Assembly (NCBI GenBank): GCA_963833095.1
Contig: CAWHWQ010000001.1
Span: 480,001 to 544,000 of the forward strand
From: Vulcanimicrobiota bacterium
Lineage (GTDB): Bacteria > Vulcanimicrobiota > Vulcanimicrobiia > Vulcanimicrobiales > Vulcanimicrobiaceae
Length of the DNA: 64,000 nt
Direction: 5' to 3'
Shown: positions 29,399 to 39,413 of the stretch, in pieces
Numbering within the stretch: the stretch's first letter is position 1
Layout of the letters: every line of letters begins with the position of its first letter
The notes under the pieces: model-generated
What the model was told of the DNA's origin: nothing
Database searches by the model: none
The model's input: the letters and a program-made list of their open reading frames with translations, nothing else
Position numbers and translations under genes: made by a program

Positions 29399-29869
29399 AT
29401 GGCTCAGGCCGAGATGACGGTTTCCACGCCCATCGGCGCAGTACTGCACGTTGGGGCACAGCAGGGCCGTATCGTCGTCTGCGCGTTTCGGCCACGCGCT
29501 CGCGCTCGCTCATCGACGCTGCGCGATCCGCTTCTTGCGGAGGCGCGCAGCCAGATCGACGCTTATTTTCGCAAGAAGCTGCGCCGTTTTGACCTACCGC
29601 TATTGCTGGAAGGCACCGCCTTTCAATGCGCCGTGTGGGAACTCGTTGCAAGCCTGGAGGTCGGCGAATTGATTTCCTATGGTGATGTTGCGCGCGCCAT
29701 CGGCGCGCCACGCGCGCACCGCGGCGTTGCGGCTGCGATGCGACGCACGCCCTACGATCTGCTGATTCCCGCACACCGCGTGATCGGCGCAGACGGCACG
29801 GTCAAAGGCGCCGGACCGAACTCGCTTCGCCGCCGCCTCCTCGCTTTCGAAGGCATCGTGCTTCGCTAG
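29399..29869 (+). CDS. Ogt-like O6-alkylguanine DNA-binding protein with PAHRV (no catalytic Cys)
   Basis: GTAFQCAVW, ISYGDVA, RGVAAA, LLIPAHRVIG, LLAFEG. Confidence 0.88.
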   Translation: MAQAEMTVSTPIGAVLHVGAQQGRIVVCAFRPRARARSSTLRDPLLAEARSQIDAYFRKKLRRFDLPLLLEGTAFQCAVWELVASLEVGELISYGDVARAIGAPRAHRGVAAAMRRTPYDLLIPAHRVIGADGTVKGAGPNSLRRRLLAFEGIVLR

Positions 29870-29871
29870 CC

Positions 29872-30101
29872 CTTGTCATCCCGAGCGTACGCGCAGCGCT
29901 GAAGTCGAGGGAAGCGCCATGCGGCTTTCGCTTAGCGAAGGCTCGAAGTTTTGCGCCATTCGCAGGATGCGAACTTCCTTTGGACGTGGCGCAAAACTCG
30001 CGCAGCAGGACCGGCGCAGGATGCGCCGCGAGGAGCGTCTTCGCGGGCGGAAGCCGCATGGCGTTCCCTCGACTACGCTGCGCTACGCTCGGGATGACAA
30101 G
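29872..30101. repeat. Palindromic element, copy 2, with AGGA-hairpin core
   Basis: TIR CTTGTCATCCCGAGCGTA/TACGCTCGGGATGACAAG; nested IRs; core shared with copy 3. Confidence 0.92.
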
Positions 30102-30107
30102 AGAGAA

Positions 30108-30830
30108 TTAACGCAGGAGTTGGCGCCACTCGATGATGGGGCCGAAGCCCACATTCCGATCGGCGGCTTCGCCGGTGAGCGGATAACGCGCGGTAAAGTT
30201 CAGCGTGCGTAGGCCAATGAGCCATTGTGAACGGCGATGCGTGTATCCGAACGTGAGCGACGCATCGACCTCCGAAGCGCGCTCGGGCTTGATCGTGTTC
30301 GGCGACCCATCGAGATAGACGTAGACGTCGGATCCGGTCAAGTAGGGTGCCGTACCGACGAACCCTTCGAGGAAATGCGATTGCCCGAATGCATGATGAA
30401 GACGCAGCGTGTAGCGCGCGCCGGCCAGACGCGACGACACCGTCTGCGACTGCGCGGGTAACGGCGTGCGTTGATTGTAGATCGTTTCGCCCAGGCCGAG
30501 CCATACTTGCCCATGCGGATCGATCGCATACTCGGCCTGACCGTTGAAGATGCCAAGTGCCGGCGTCGCTTGTCCGTAGGTGGCGGACGGACGCGTGCCG
30601 GGAATGCTCACGACGGGAATGCCCTCGAGGTGAATGGCCAAGCGCGGTCCGCCGAGCTGCACTTCCAGCAACGGTCCGCCGCCGATGCCGTATTGGCTTC
30701 CCGCAACGTCGCGGTGAACGCCCACAAGCGCAAGTCCTTGCACGCCGATGTATGAGTAGGGCGACGTCGCGGCGGTTGTGAGAAAAATCGCAAACGCCGC
30801 GAGAATGCGGCGCTTAGACTTTGGCGGCAT
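30108..30830 (-). CDS. Hypothetical exported protein, possibly beta-barrel
   Basis: Basic-hydrophobic N-terminus; amphipathic beta-strand-like pattern. Confidence 0.6.
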   Translation of the reverse strand: MPPKSKRRILAAFAIFLTTAATSPYSYIGVQGLALVGVHRDVAGSQYGIGGGPLLEVQLGGPRLAIHLEGIPVVSIPGTRPSATYGQATPALGIFNGQAEYAIDPHGQVWLGLGETIYNQRTPLPAQSQTVSSRLAGARYTLRLHHAFGQSHFLEGFVGTAPYLTGSDVYVYLDGSPNTIKPERASEVDASLTFGYTHRRSQWLIGLRTLNFTARYPLTGEAADRNVGFGPIIEWRQLLR

Positions 30831-31461
30831 CGACCAACACCACGCCGCGTTGTCCGGAATCGCGCAATGCCTTCGCCGCCGCAAGCGCCGCACCGATCGG
30901 TTGCGACGGGTCGAGCGCTTGGCTTACGGTGAAACCGGTGCGCGCCTTGGCCTGCTGGTCGATGGGATCGCGAAAGCTTTGCGGAAGCATCGAGTACTTG
31001 TCGATCAAGCCGAGCACCGGGCCTGCCTTGGTCTCAAAGGTGGCTGGGTCGAGCACCACCACCACCAACTCGTGGGTCTTTCCGTCCTGCGTATGCGAAA
31101 AGACCTGAAACTGTAAGCCCATCGCTTGTGCGTGACGGTGCGCCGCGTCCACGCTCGAACCGCTCACCGCCACGCTGTAGCCCGGCGGCGGATTCGCGCT
31201 GACGTCGTGGAGCCAGCCTTCGAGTGCCTCGAGCGTCGCGCCTGATTCGGCGATCACCTCGCGGCCTGTTACGGCGACGCTCTTGCCGGTTGTGCCGCTC
31301 CAATCCCGAGCGGTGATCACGGTGCTGCCCGTATATAAAGGAAAGTCGATCGAATTGGTCGCCGCAGCGGAGGGCGAGGAGGACGAGGTAGATTGGGCTG
31401 ACTGCTGCGAGCAGCCGGCTACCAGCAAGATAAGCGCCATTGCACCGAGGGCTCGTTTCAT
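30814..31461 (-). CDS. Hypothetical lipoprotein
   Basis: Lipobox LVAGC followed by a Ser-rich linker. Confidence 0.75.
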   Translation of the reverse strand: MKRALGAMALILLVAGCSQQSAQSTSSSSPSAAATNSIDFPLYTGSTVITARDWSGTTGKSVAVTGREVIAESGATLEALEGWLHDVSANPPPGYSVAVSGSSVDAAHRHAQAMGLQFQVFSHTQDGKTHELVVVVLDPATFETKAGPVLGLIDKYSMLPQSFRDPIDQQAKARTGFTVSQALDPSQPIGAALAAAKALRDSGQRGVVLVDAAKV

Positions 31462-31511
31462 GCGCGTCGCTTCGAGGAGAAGCCGCCCGAGCCCCGTATC
31501 CGGGGGATGTT

Positions 31512-31832
31512 ATGAATTTCGAAGAGTTTTGGCCGCGCTATCTGCAAGCGCACAGCGATCGGCGCACGCGCGCCCTTCATGTCGCCGGAACGATCGCCGC
31601 GACAACGATCGTCCTAGGAGCGATCGCGCTGCGCAAACCGTGGCTCGCGGGCATCGGCCTGGTGGCCGGGTATGGTCCGGCATGGTTCTCGCACGCGTTC
31701 ATCGAGCACAACAAACCCGAGACGTTCGCAGCGCCCTTTGCCTCGCTGCGCGGTGACTATTTGATGGCATGGCACGTCCTGCGCGGATCGATCGACGAGG
31801 AGATTGTGCGCACGCGGGGAGCGGTTGCATGA
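31512..31832 (+). CDS. DUF962 (Mpo1-like) protein
   Basis: FEEFWPRYLQAH, RALHVAGT, GYGPAWFSHAFIEHNKPETF. Confidence 0.88.
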   Translation: MNFEEFWPRYLQAHSDRRTRALHVAGTIAATTIVLGAIALRKPWLAGIGLVAGYGPAWFSHAFIEHNKPETFAAPFASLRGDYLMAWHVLRGSIDEEIVRTRGAVA

Positions 31833-32221
31833 ACCGCTTTCTCCTGATACTTCTCGCGGTGATGCTCGCCGCAGCGCCCGCCTCGGCATTTAGCCCCCAT
31901 TCGCCGGTCTTTATCGAGAGCGATGCCGCGCAGGGGATCACGGTCACGGCGGGCGAGGACTTCTTCATCGCGCTTTCCTCGAACGCGTCGACCGGATATA
32001 GCTGGGGGCAGACGCTGCCGGGCGGCGATTTGATCGTCGCGTATGAGGGCAACGTACGCCAGCCCGCGGCACAAGCCGTGCCGGGCGCAGCCGGCCAGCA
32101 GATCTTCATCTATCACGCCAACCGGACGGGAACCGCAACCATCGTGCTAAGCTACAGCCGCGCATTCGAACCCGACGCGCCGCCCGCGAAGACGTTGACT
32201 TATACCGTCACCGTTCAGTAG
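31829..32221 (+). CDS. Chagasin-family (I42) protease inhibitor, secreted
   Basis: Signal peptide, SNASTGYSW, PGAAG, YSRAFE. Confidence 0.85.
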   Translation: MNRFLLILLAVMLAAAPASAFSPHSPVFIESDAAQGITVTAGEDFFIALSSNASTGYSWGQTLPGGDLIVAYEGNVRQPAAQAVPGAAGQQIFIYHANRTGTATIVLSYSRAFEPDAPPAKTLTYTVTVQ

Positions 32222-32225
32222 CGAC

Positions 32226-33002
32226 GTGGACGATCGTCTGTCGTACGGCTCGTACCTGAAGGTCAACGAGCTGCTCGACCTGCAAGCCCCGCTCTCTCGC
32301 CCTGAGCATCACGACGAGATGCTCTTTATCATCATCCACCAAGTCTACGAGCTCTGGTTCAAGCAACTCAAGCACGAACTAGAAGCGACGATCGAAGCGC
32401 TGGACCGCGATGAACTCCTTCGCGTTTCCAAGTATTTCCGCCGCGTGCACACGATTCAGCGTCTCCTCGAATCGCAAGTCGACGTGCTCGAGACGATGAC
32501 GCCGCAAGAGTTCAACGCGTTTCGCGATAACCTCAATCCGGCCAGCGGATTCCAATCGATCCAATTTCGCGAAATCGAGTTTCTGTGCGGCGTGCGCCGG
32601 ACCGAGACGCTCGCGCACATCCAGATGGACGACGCCCAGCGGGCGCGCTTACACGCGCTCCTCGAAGCGCCCTCGCTCTACGATCACGTCAAAGCGCTGC
32701 TCGCGCGGCGCGGATTCGCGAGCGAGGCGGGCGCACCGCTCATCGAAAGCTTGCGCATGATCTACACAAACGCCGAAGCGAATTACGACCTGTATCTGCT
32801 GCTCGAGGATCTGATCGAATTCGACGAGCGTTTTCTGCTCTGGCGCGGGCGCCACGTACGGATGGTCGAGCGTATGATCGGCCAGCGAACCGGCACGGGC
32901 GGTTCTTCGGGTGCGCAATATCTGCAGGGCACACTGGTCCATCGCTTCTTTCCCGAACTGTGGGATGTACGCAGTTACCTCGGCAAAGGGTCCTACGCAT
33001 GA
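32226..33002 (+). CDS. kynA: Tryptophan 2,3-dioxygenase
   Basis: HDEMLFIIIHQVYELWFK, ASGFQS, VERMIG..GTGGSSG. Confidence 0.96.
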   Translation: MDDRLSYGSYLKVNELLDLQAPLSRPEHHDEMLFIIIHQVYELWFKQLKHELEATIEALDRDELLRVSKYFRRVHTIQRLLESQVDVLETMTPQEFNAFRDNLNPASGFQSIQFREIEFLCGVRRTETLAHIQMDDAQRARLHALLEAPSLYDHVKALLARRGFASEAGAPLIESLRMIYTNAEANYDLYLLLEDLIEFDERFLLWRGRHVRMVERMIGQRTGTGGSSGAQYLQGTLVHRFFPELWDVRSYLGKGSYA

Positions 33003-34147
33003 GCGCAACGACGACACAGCCACGGCATCGCGAGCAGTTTCCAATTCTCGCTGACTCTGCGTATCTGGTCAGCCACTCGATGGGCGCAGCGCCGCTCGGC
33101 GCCAAGGCCGCGCTCGACACCTACTGGGACGAATGGGCGGCGAACGGCCCCGAAGCGTGGGAAGCATGGCTGCCGCGGATTGGCGCGATCGCCGACGGCA
33201 TCGGCGCGCTCATCGGCGCGCCTGCGGGCAGCATCTTTCTCGGGCCGAACGTTTCGGTGTTGCAGGCGGCGCTTGCAAGTAGCCTCGACTTCAACGACGC
33301 GCGAAACGAGGTCGTCTACGAAGCGCTGCAGTTTCCGTCGCTCACCTATGTATGGCGCGCCTGGGAGCGCTACGGCGCCCGCGTCCGCGTTGTCGATTCG
33401 CCGGACGGGCGCACGATCCCGACGGAGCGCATCATCGGCGCGATCACCGAGCGCACGGCGATCGCGGCGCTCTCGCACGCGTACTACGTCTCCGGAGCGA
33501 TCGCCGACGTGCGCGCGATCCAAGCTCACTGCCGCAAGGTCGGAGCATTGCTCTGCGTCGACGCCTATCAAACCACCGGCGTCTATCCCTACGACGTGAC
33601 CGCGTGGGATCTCGACATCGTCACCGGCGGCTCGCACAAGTGGCTGCTCGGCGGTCCCGGCTGCGGCTGGATCTACGTCAAGCCCGAATTGCGCAAGTAC
33701 CTCAATCCGGCAGTGACCGGCTGGATGGCCCACGCGCGGCCATTCAATTTTGAAGACGCACCGATTCACTACGCCGACTCGATGTATCGCTTTGGAAACG
33801 GAACGCCGACGATTCCCGGCTATGTCGTTGCGCAGGCCGGTCACCAATTGATCGCGCAGATCGGCATCCCTCGCATTCGCGAACACAACGTGCGCCTCAC
33901 GACGATGATCGCGCAGATGGCGCTTGAGCGCGGTCTGCGCGTCAACACACCGCTCGAGCCGGAGCGCCGCACGGGATGGATCGGGATCGACTTCGACGGT
34001 TCGGATCGCGCGTATCGCGAGCTAATCGCGCGACGCGTCTTTATCGATCACCGGCCGGGTTGTGGCTTACGCGTGAGCCCGCACTTCTATACCAGCGACG
34101 GCGAAATCGAACGCTTCTTCCGCGAGCTGGATGCCATTCGAAAATGA
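32999..34147 (+). CDS. kynU: Kynureninase (class V aminotransferase fold)
   Basis: YLVSHSMG, QFPS, DAYQ, SHKWLLGGPG, GWMAH; coupled to kynA. Confidence 0.85.
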   Translation: MSATTTQPRHREQFPILADSAYLVSHSMGAAPLGAKAALDTYWDEWAANGPEAWEAWLPRIGAIADGIGALIGAPAGSIFLGPNVSVLQAALASSLDFNDARNEVVYEALQFPSLTYVWRAWERYGARVRVVDSPDGRTIPTERIIGAITERTAIAALSHAYYVSGAIADVRAIQAHCRKVGALLCVDAYQTTGVYPYDVTAWDLDIVTGGSHKWLLGGPGCGWIYVKPELRKYLNPAVTGWMAHARPFNFEDAPIHYADSMYRFGNGTPTIPGYVVAQAGHQLIAQIGIPRIREHNVRLTTMIAQMALERGLRVNTPLEPERRTGWIGIDFDGSDRAYRELIARRVFIDHRPGCGLRVSPHFYTSDGEIERFFRELDAIRK

Positions 34148-35508
34148 CCGACGCGCAGTCTATGATCGTCGATCACACCAAGATAGGCGCCGCACTGCGG
34201 CGCCTATCGCTGCCTCTTGCCGTGCAGATGCTCGGGGATCAACTTCTTGGCGCCGTTGACACGATCGCGATCGGCTATATCAGCGTCGGGGCGCTGGCCG
34301 GCGTCACGGCCGCGACCACCGTCTTCTTCACGCTGATCATGCTGCTCGGCGGCCTATGGAGCGGTCTTGGCATCATCGCGGCGCAGCGGATCGGGGCACA
34401 CGACGTCGATGGCTTCGCGCGCACGGTCCGCGCCGGTTTTGTTGTGCCTGCGATCGCCGCGGTCGCAATGACAATAGCAAGCATCCTCGGTGCGCAGCCG
34501 CTGCTTCACGCCATGCTCGGCAATTTGAGCAGCGTCCACGCCAGCGCAACCTACCTGATCCTGCGCTGCGCCTCGCTGATTCCGATCAATGTTTCAGCGA
34601 CCTTGATCGTCGGCCTCGGCTCGGCCGGCAATCGCAAGCTCGGCGTGTATCTGCTCGGCGTGATCAACCTGATCCACATCCCGCTGTTGGCGGTCCTCGC
34701 GCTGGGGTGGCTGACGCACCGGCCCCTCGGGATCGCGGGCGCGGGCATCTCGACGCTCGCCTCCGAAACGATCGCGGCCGTCTTCGCCCTGATCTACGTC
34801 GCGCGCAAACCGGTCTATCGGATCTTTGCCCAGCGCGGCGTCGATCTCGCGCTCGCGATGCGCTGCGCGTGGCTCGGCTTGCCTGAAAGCGTCTTCGGTT
34901 TTGCGATCGTTGCTCCCGACGTCGCGATCGTCGCGATGCTCGCGCCGCTGGGTTCGACGCTTGTCGCGGCATTCCGGGCGCTCAACGTCGTCTCGGATCT
35001 CACCTTCGTCGTGCCGAGCCCGCTGCAGAGCGCGACACAAACCGTGATCGGTCAGCGGATCGGGGCGCGCGACCCACAAGGCGCGCAAGAATTTCTGCGC
35101 CGGGCGCTACGAACGACGCTCGTGGTCACCACGATTGCGGGCGCGCTGGTAGCAGTTGCGGCGTGGCCGCTCGCGTTTCTCTTTACCATGAATGCCGCCG
35201 TCGCGTCGGTCGCGGCACTCCCACTCGCGCTGCACATGGTCACGATGCCGATCAAGGGATGGGCGATGGTCGCGCTCGCACCAATTCGCGCCGCCGGCGA
35301 TACGCAGTTCTCGATGGCCGTCGGGCTAGCGTGCGGATTACTCGTCTTGCCGATTGCCTGGTTCTGTATCGAGCGCGCGCATATCGGCCTCTTTGCGGTG
35401 CCGGTGGCCTGGATCATCGCGTGGAGCGTTCGCGCCGCTCTCACCGCGATCAAGTTGCGTTACGCCGCAGGCGCCTGGGCCACGTCCTCGATTGAACCGC
35501 GTCCGTAG
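34144..35508 (+). CDS. MATE family efflux transporter
   Basis: LSLPL, VDTIAIG, AQRIGA, LGIAGAGIST, RAAGDT; about 12 TM segments. Confidence 0.9.
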   Translation: MTDAQSMIVDHTKIGAALRRLSLPLAVQMLGDQLLGAVDTIAIGYISVGALAGVTAATTVFFTLIMLLGGLWSGLGIIAAQRIGAHDVDGFARTVRAGFVVPAIAAVAMTIASILGAQPLLHAMLGNLSSVHASATYLILRCASLIPINVSATLIVGLGSAGNRKLGVYLLGVINLIHIPLLAVLALGWLTHRPLGIAGAGISTLASETIAAVFALIYVARKPVYRIFAQRGVDLALAMRCAWLGLPESVFGFAIVAPDVAIVAMLAPLGSTLVAAFRALNVVSDLTFVVPSPLQSATQTVIGQRIGARDPQGAQEFLRRALRTTLVVTTIAGALVAVAAWPLAFLFTMNAAVASVAALPLALHMVTMPIKGWAMVALAPIRAAGDTQFSMAVGLACGLLVLPIAWFCIERAHIGLFAVPVAWIIAWSVRAALTAIKLRYAAGAWATSSIEPRP

Positions 35509-35891
35509 CCGCCGTATGCGGCAACCAGGACGATCACCAGATGCAGCGCGATGTCCCAGCCGTAGACCGGAGCCACGCCGAAGAGCGTGCTGGTAATGGG
35601 GATGATGCCTAGGATCACGATCAACAAATAGATCCAGGCAACGCTTCGACAGTAGAAAAGCGACGACTTGAAGCGCAAGCTCGCAACCACGCCCCAGATC
35701 CCAAAGAGCAGATGCAAGACGTCGTGCGCCACGTTGACCGGAAAAACCCAAAAGAGCATGCGATACGCGATATCGAGCGTGACAACCGGAGCGTCGGGCG
35801 GTGCGCCCGGTGCAACCCACGGTAAGAGCCCCGCAACCCCGGCAACGAGAAAGAGCAGACCGAGAACGCGAGCAATGAGCGGCGCTTTCAT
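35460..35891 (-). CDS. DUF4383-like membrane protein
   Basis: FPVNVAHDVLHLLFG, DIALH. Confidence 0.8.
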   Translation of the reverse strand: MKAPLIARVLGLLFLVAGVAGLLPWVAPGAPPDAPVVTLDIAYRMLFWVFPVNVAHDVLHLLFGIWGVVASLRFKSSLFYCRSVAWIYLLIVILGIIPITSTLFGVAPVYGWDIALHLVIVLVAAYGGYGRGSIEDVAQAPAA

Positions 35892-36676
35892 GGCGCGTCC
35901 TTATCTTCGGATGCAAGGACGCCCTGCAACTCGGCGTGGATTCGCCCGTTACTTGCAAGGATGCTGCGCGCGTCGACCTGCGCCGGATCGTCGTCGACGC
36001 GAGTGACCGTTCCGCCGGCTTCTCGCACCAAGAGCGTGCCTGCCGCGACGTCCCACGCGTGCAGATCGAATTCCCAAAAGCCGTCGAACCGTCCACACGC
36101 GGTAAAGGCGAGATCCAGCGCAGCTGAACCGTCGCGCCGAACGGCCTGCGCGAATCCCGATGCGCGCGCAAAGTACGGCGCGTTGCGTTCGAAGTCGGCC
36201 GGGTGAAAGCCGGTGCAGATCATTGCATCCGCGACGCGATCGATGCTCGATACGCGAATCGGCTCATCGCCCAAGCGCGCACCCGCGCCGCGCTCGGCGG
36301 CAAAGCATTCGTTCAGCGCCGGCGCGTACACGACGCCCGCGATCAATTCGCCCGCGCGTTCGTACGCGATCGAAACGCAGTACAGCGGATAGCCGTGCGC
36401 GTAGTTGGTGGTTCCATCGAGCGGATCGACGATCCAGCGCTCGTGGCTCGTGCCCGGCGTGCTGCCGCTCTCCTCGGCCAGAATCGCCGCCGCGGGAAAG
36501 TCCGCGCGCAGGCGCGCGATCACCGCGCGTTCGCTCGCCCGATCGGCGACGGTCACGATATCGGCGCGCCGGCCCTTCTCCTGGATTTCCAGCGGGCGAT
36601 GCGCGTGCTCGAGCAGCACGGCTGCGCCTTCGCGCGCCGCCGCGAGCGCAGCCGTTAACGGATCGGGAGCGCGCAC
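35888..36676 (-). CDS. suhB: Inositol monophosphatase family protein (start uncertain, up to 36694)
   Basis: VTVAD, LAEES, WIVDPLDGTTNYAHG, GSAALDL, AWDVAAG. Confidence 0.93.
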   Translation of the reverse strand: MRAPDPLTAALAAAREGAAVLLEHAHRPLEIQEKGRRADIVTVADRASERAVIARLRADFPAAAILAEESGSTPGTSHERWIVDPLDGTTNYAHGYPLYCVSIAYERAGELIAGVVYAPALNECFAAERGAGARLGDEPIRVSSIDRVADAMICTGFHPADFERNAPYFARASGFAQAVRRDGSAALDLAFTACGRFDGFWEFDLHAWDVAAGTLLVREAGGTVTRVDDDPAQVDARSILASNGRIHAELQGVLASEDKDAP

Positions 36677-36694
36677 GATGGAATGAGACCCCAC

Positions 36695-37123
36695 ATGTGG
36701 TTTAGCCTACGGATTATCATTCTTGGTCTCTGGGTTGGCGCGATGGTGGGGTTTGCCTTCGTGTTCGCGCCGATCGCGTTCGCGCACATCGGGCCGACAC
36801 CAGCCTTCGCCGCAGCGATCGCGGCTTGCGTGCAGACAATCGTTCGCGTCGGCGGGTGGATCGCCGTCGCGGCGGCGGCCATCACAGTGTTTGCCGGGCT
36901 TGAATCGCGGCGCGCCGCGGCGCTCATCGTGGGATTGCTCGCGCTCGCTATTGCATGCGGTGCATACGAGACGTCGGTCATCGTCCCGCACATGCAACAA
37001 ACGCCGCTTCTTACCCCGGCCTACGAGGCTTTGCATCGGGAAAGCAGCAGCGTCTACGGGATTGCGTTGCTCGCCGCGCTCATCGCACTCGGCGTGTGCT
37101 CGCGACGAAACGCGCGAAGTTAA
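36695..37123 (+). CDS. DUF4149-like membrane protein
   Basis: LWVGAMVGFAFVFAPIAF, four TM segments, LHRES. Confidence 0.75.
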   Translation: MWFSLRIIILGLWVGAMVGFAFVFAPIAFAHIGPTPAFAAAIAACVQTIVRVGGWIAVAAAAITVFAGLESRRAAALIVGLLALAIACGAYETSVIVPHMQQTPLLTPAYEALHRESSSVYGIALLAALIALGVCSRRNARS

Positions 37124-37839
37124 TTGAACAGCGTGTAGACGGCGTAGCTGGAATAGGTGCCGTCGAGGGTCGTGGCCGGAACGGTCACCGTAAGGTCGAC
37201 GCAATAGGTGGTTATTGCCGTTCCGCTAGCCAAGCCGGACCAAACGCTACCGTCATTGGCATACACGATGTACGGAGTAGACGTCGGCAGCGGCGTCGCC
37301 GAGTTCTTATAGGTGTCGTTGGCGACACCCTTACCTGGGAGCACCGACCCGCTCGACGACTTCAGATCGGTCGCGAGCCCTTCCTCCAGCGACCAAGCTG
37401 TGCTCATGTTGACCGTGACCGTCAATGCGCACGGCGGCGTCACTTTAACGGTCTGGCCCGGCGCAGCCGTGATCGTAACGTTCGGCACATTACTGACGAG
37501 GATCGTTCCTTTAGGATTGGGTGTGACCTCAGCTTGCACCAGCACCGAATGCTGGACTTGTGCCTGCGCGACGAGCGTCGAGTCGCCGTCGAAATGAATT
37601 CCCTCCGCGCGAAACCCGCGCTGGATTGACGGAACCGCGCGTCGCAGTGCGGAGGCGATCGTCATTTGCCCTGAAGCCTGGTGCGGAACGTATCCTACGG
37701 GGGTTCCGGAGACTTGCACCGTGAGGTTCAAGAGAATCTGGGCCTGCTGCGTTTGGATTGTTGCCTTCACCGGCTGCGTCAGCACGATCCCAAGAATGGC
37801 GAGCCCGAGCACGACGAGCAAGAGTTGTGCGCGTTTCAT
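37120..37839 (-). CDS. Secreted pilin-like subunit (minor)
   Basis: Signal peptide; beta-rich; C-terminus DGTYSSYAVYTLFN. Confidence 0.65.
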   Translation of the reverse strand: MKRAQLLLVVLGLAILGIVLTQPVKATIQTQQAQILLNLTVQVSGTPVGYVPHQASGQMTIASALRRAVPSIQRGFRAEGIHFDGDSTLVAQAQVQHSVLVQAEVTPNPKGTILVSNVPNVTITAAPGQTVKVTPPCALTVTVNMSTAWSLEEGLATDLKSSSGSVLPGKGVANDTYKNSATPLPTSTPYIVYANDGSVWSGLASGTAITTYCVDLTVTVPATTLDGTYSSYAVYTLFN

Positions 37840-38511
37840 TGGCCAACCACCGTATAGACGATCCAAAGGTAGAAGTTGCCGCCGGCTCCGACGGCTACGT
37901 TGGGCACCTTAAACTGGTAATCGTAGTAGAAGTCGTTGTTTGCCGTGGCGCTCTGCGCTATAGGGTTCGGGTAGACGCCCCCGTATGTGATCGTCGCTCC
38001 AGGCGGCCCGGCGGCGTCGACATTACCGGAAACGAGACCGCTGGTGGTTGCGAAGGGAAGCCCGGGCGTGAAACCGGTGTTGGAGTCCGACGCCGCGCCG
38101 CTAGGAAGATAGTACAAATATTGTCCCGGATAAGTATCGCCGTTGCTATTGTTCGTCAGCACGGCAGCCGCTTCGCCGTAGACGTCGAAGCCGGACGGAT
38201 CGTTGGTCGTAACGTGTATGTGCGCCGCGTACTTGTAGAGATACGTGTCGCCACCGATCGTGGTGCCGAAGTCGACCGTTGCCGGTGCTCCGGGCCCATG
38301 CGTGGGCGCGGGCTGCGTGCCGAAGGTCGCGAGGACCGCACCGTAGCCGGTATAGTAGTTCGGCGTCAGCGTGAAATTGATAACCGGTAGTGCGTGCCAC
38401 TCGACGTTCACGGTGCCGGTCGCGGCTATCGCGCCGGCCGGGGACAAGATCGACGATCAACGCCATCGCGGCGAAGACCCCGCCCATCAATCCCAAAAGA
38501 TACCGTTTCAT
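37836..38511 (-). CDS. Secreted pilin-like subunit, frameshift near 38450
   Basis: Signal MKRYLLGLMGG..., mature ATGTVNVEW, VDFG, C-terminus IVYTVVGQ. Confidence 0.7.
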
Positions 38512-38551
38512 CGCTAAGACCTACACGCTCCCTGTGCTCGTTTGTTGCGGG

Positions 38552-39348
38552 CTAGTGGACCTCGAAATTGATCTCGCCGCCCGTTTCCGTTTTTCCACCG
38601 TAGTCGATGGTGGCGATTGCCTGATACGTACCGGGCTCGAGTGGTTTGCCGGTAAGCTCGATCATTCGCACTCCGCCGCGCTCGACCAGCATATTATCAG
38701 GCATCGGCACCTGATATAAGACCGTTCCAGCCTTCTGCACCGTTACTTGACCGCGCAGATATTCGTGAGCATTGCCGACGTTTTTGAAGAGCACTCGGTA
38801 GACTTGACGACCTTGCGCCTTCGCACTCGTCATCTTGGTAATCGCGCCATTGACTTGCACCGTATTTGGTATGGTGATATAAAACTTCGACGCGACCCGG
38901 GCCGAGAACGCGACGCCGCCTTGGCGCCGCTCCGGCCTGGTTTGGAAGAACACTATGCCCGCGTATTCCCCCGAGAGTTTGTCGTCAGACGGCACTGCGA
39001 TCGTGAGCTGCACTTGCTGCGACGTCCCCGCGGGGATGTCGAATTCGCGCGGCCGGATCGATCCCCAGCGGAGCAACGAGTACTCGCTGGTGCCGATCTT
39101 TTCGAACTCGTAGTTCCCGCCTTGCGAGAGCGAGAAATCCGATAGGGACGCCAGGATGTGGACCGAGTTCGTGGTAGTGTTGGCGACCGTTACCGGTACG
39201 TTATAGGTGGTTCCGAGCGGGATAGAAGCTTCGAATTTCCCCGGGGTTACCGTGATACCGAGTCCGATGGTATCCCCGGTTGCCGTCATCGCGCCAAAGA
39301 GGATGGCGAGTGCGACGAGTAACGAAGTAGGCGATTGAACTGCAGCAT
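38552..39348 (-). CDS. Putative fimbrial chaperone (two Ig-like domains, PapD/DUF916-like); start inferred across a frameshift
   Basis: Signal peptide, GITVTPGKFE, SGEYAGIVFF, KNVGNAH, PGTYQA. Confidence 0.65.
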
Positions 39349-39413
39349 ATCCCAACTCCCTTCGCCGCGGAGCGTTGTCCGGTCCCGCGACGAAGGGCGC
39401 TCTTCCTCTTATC

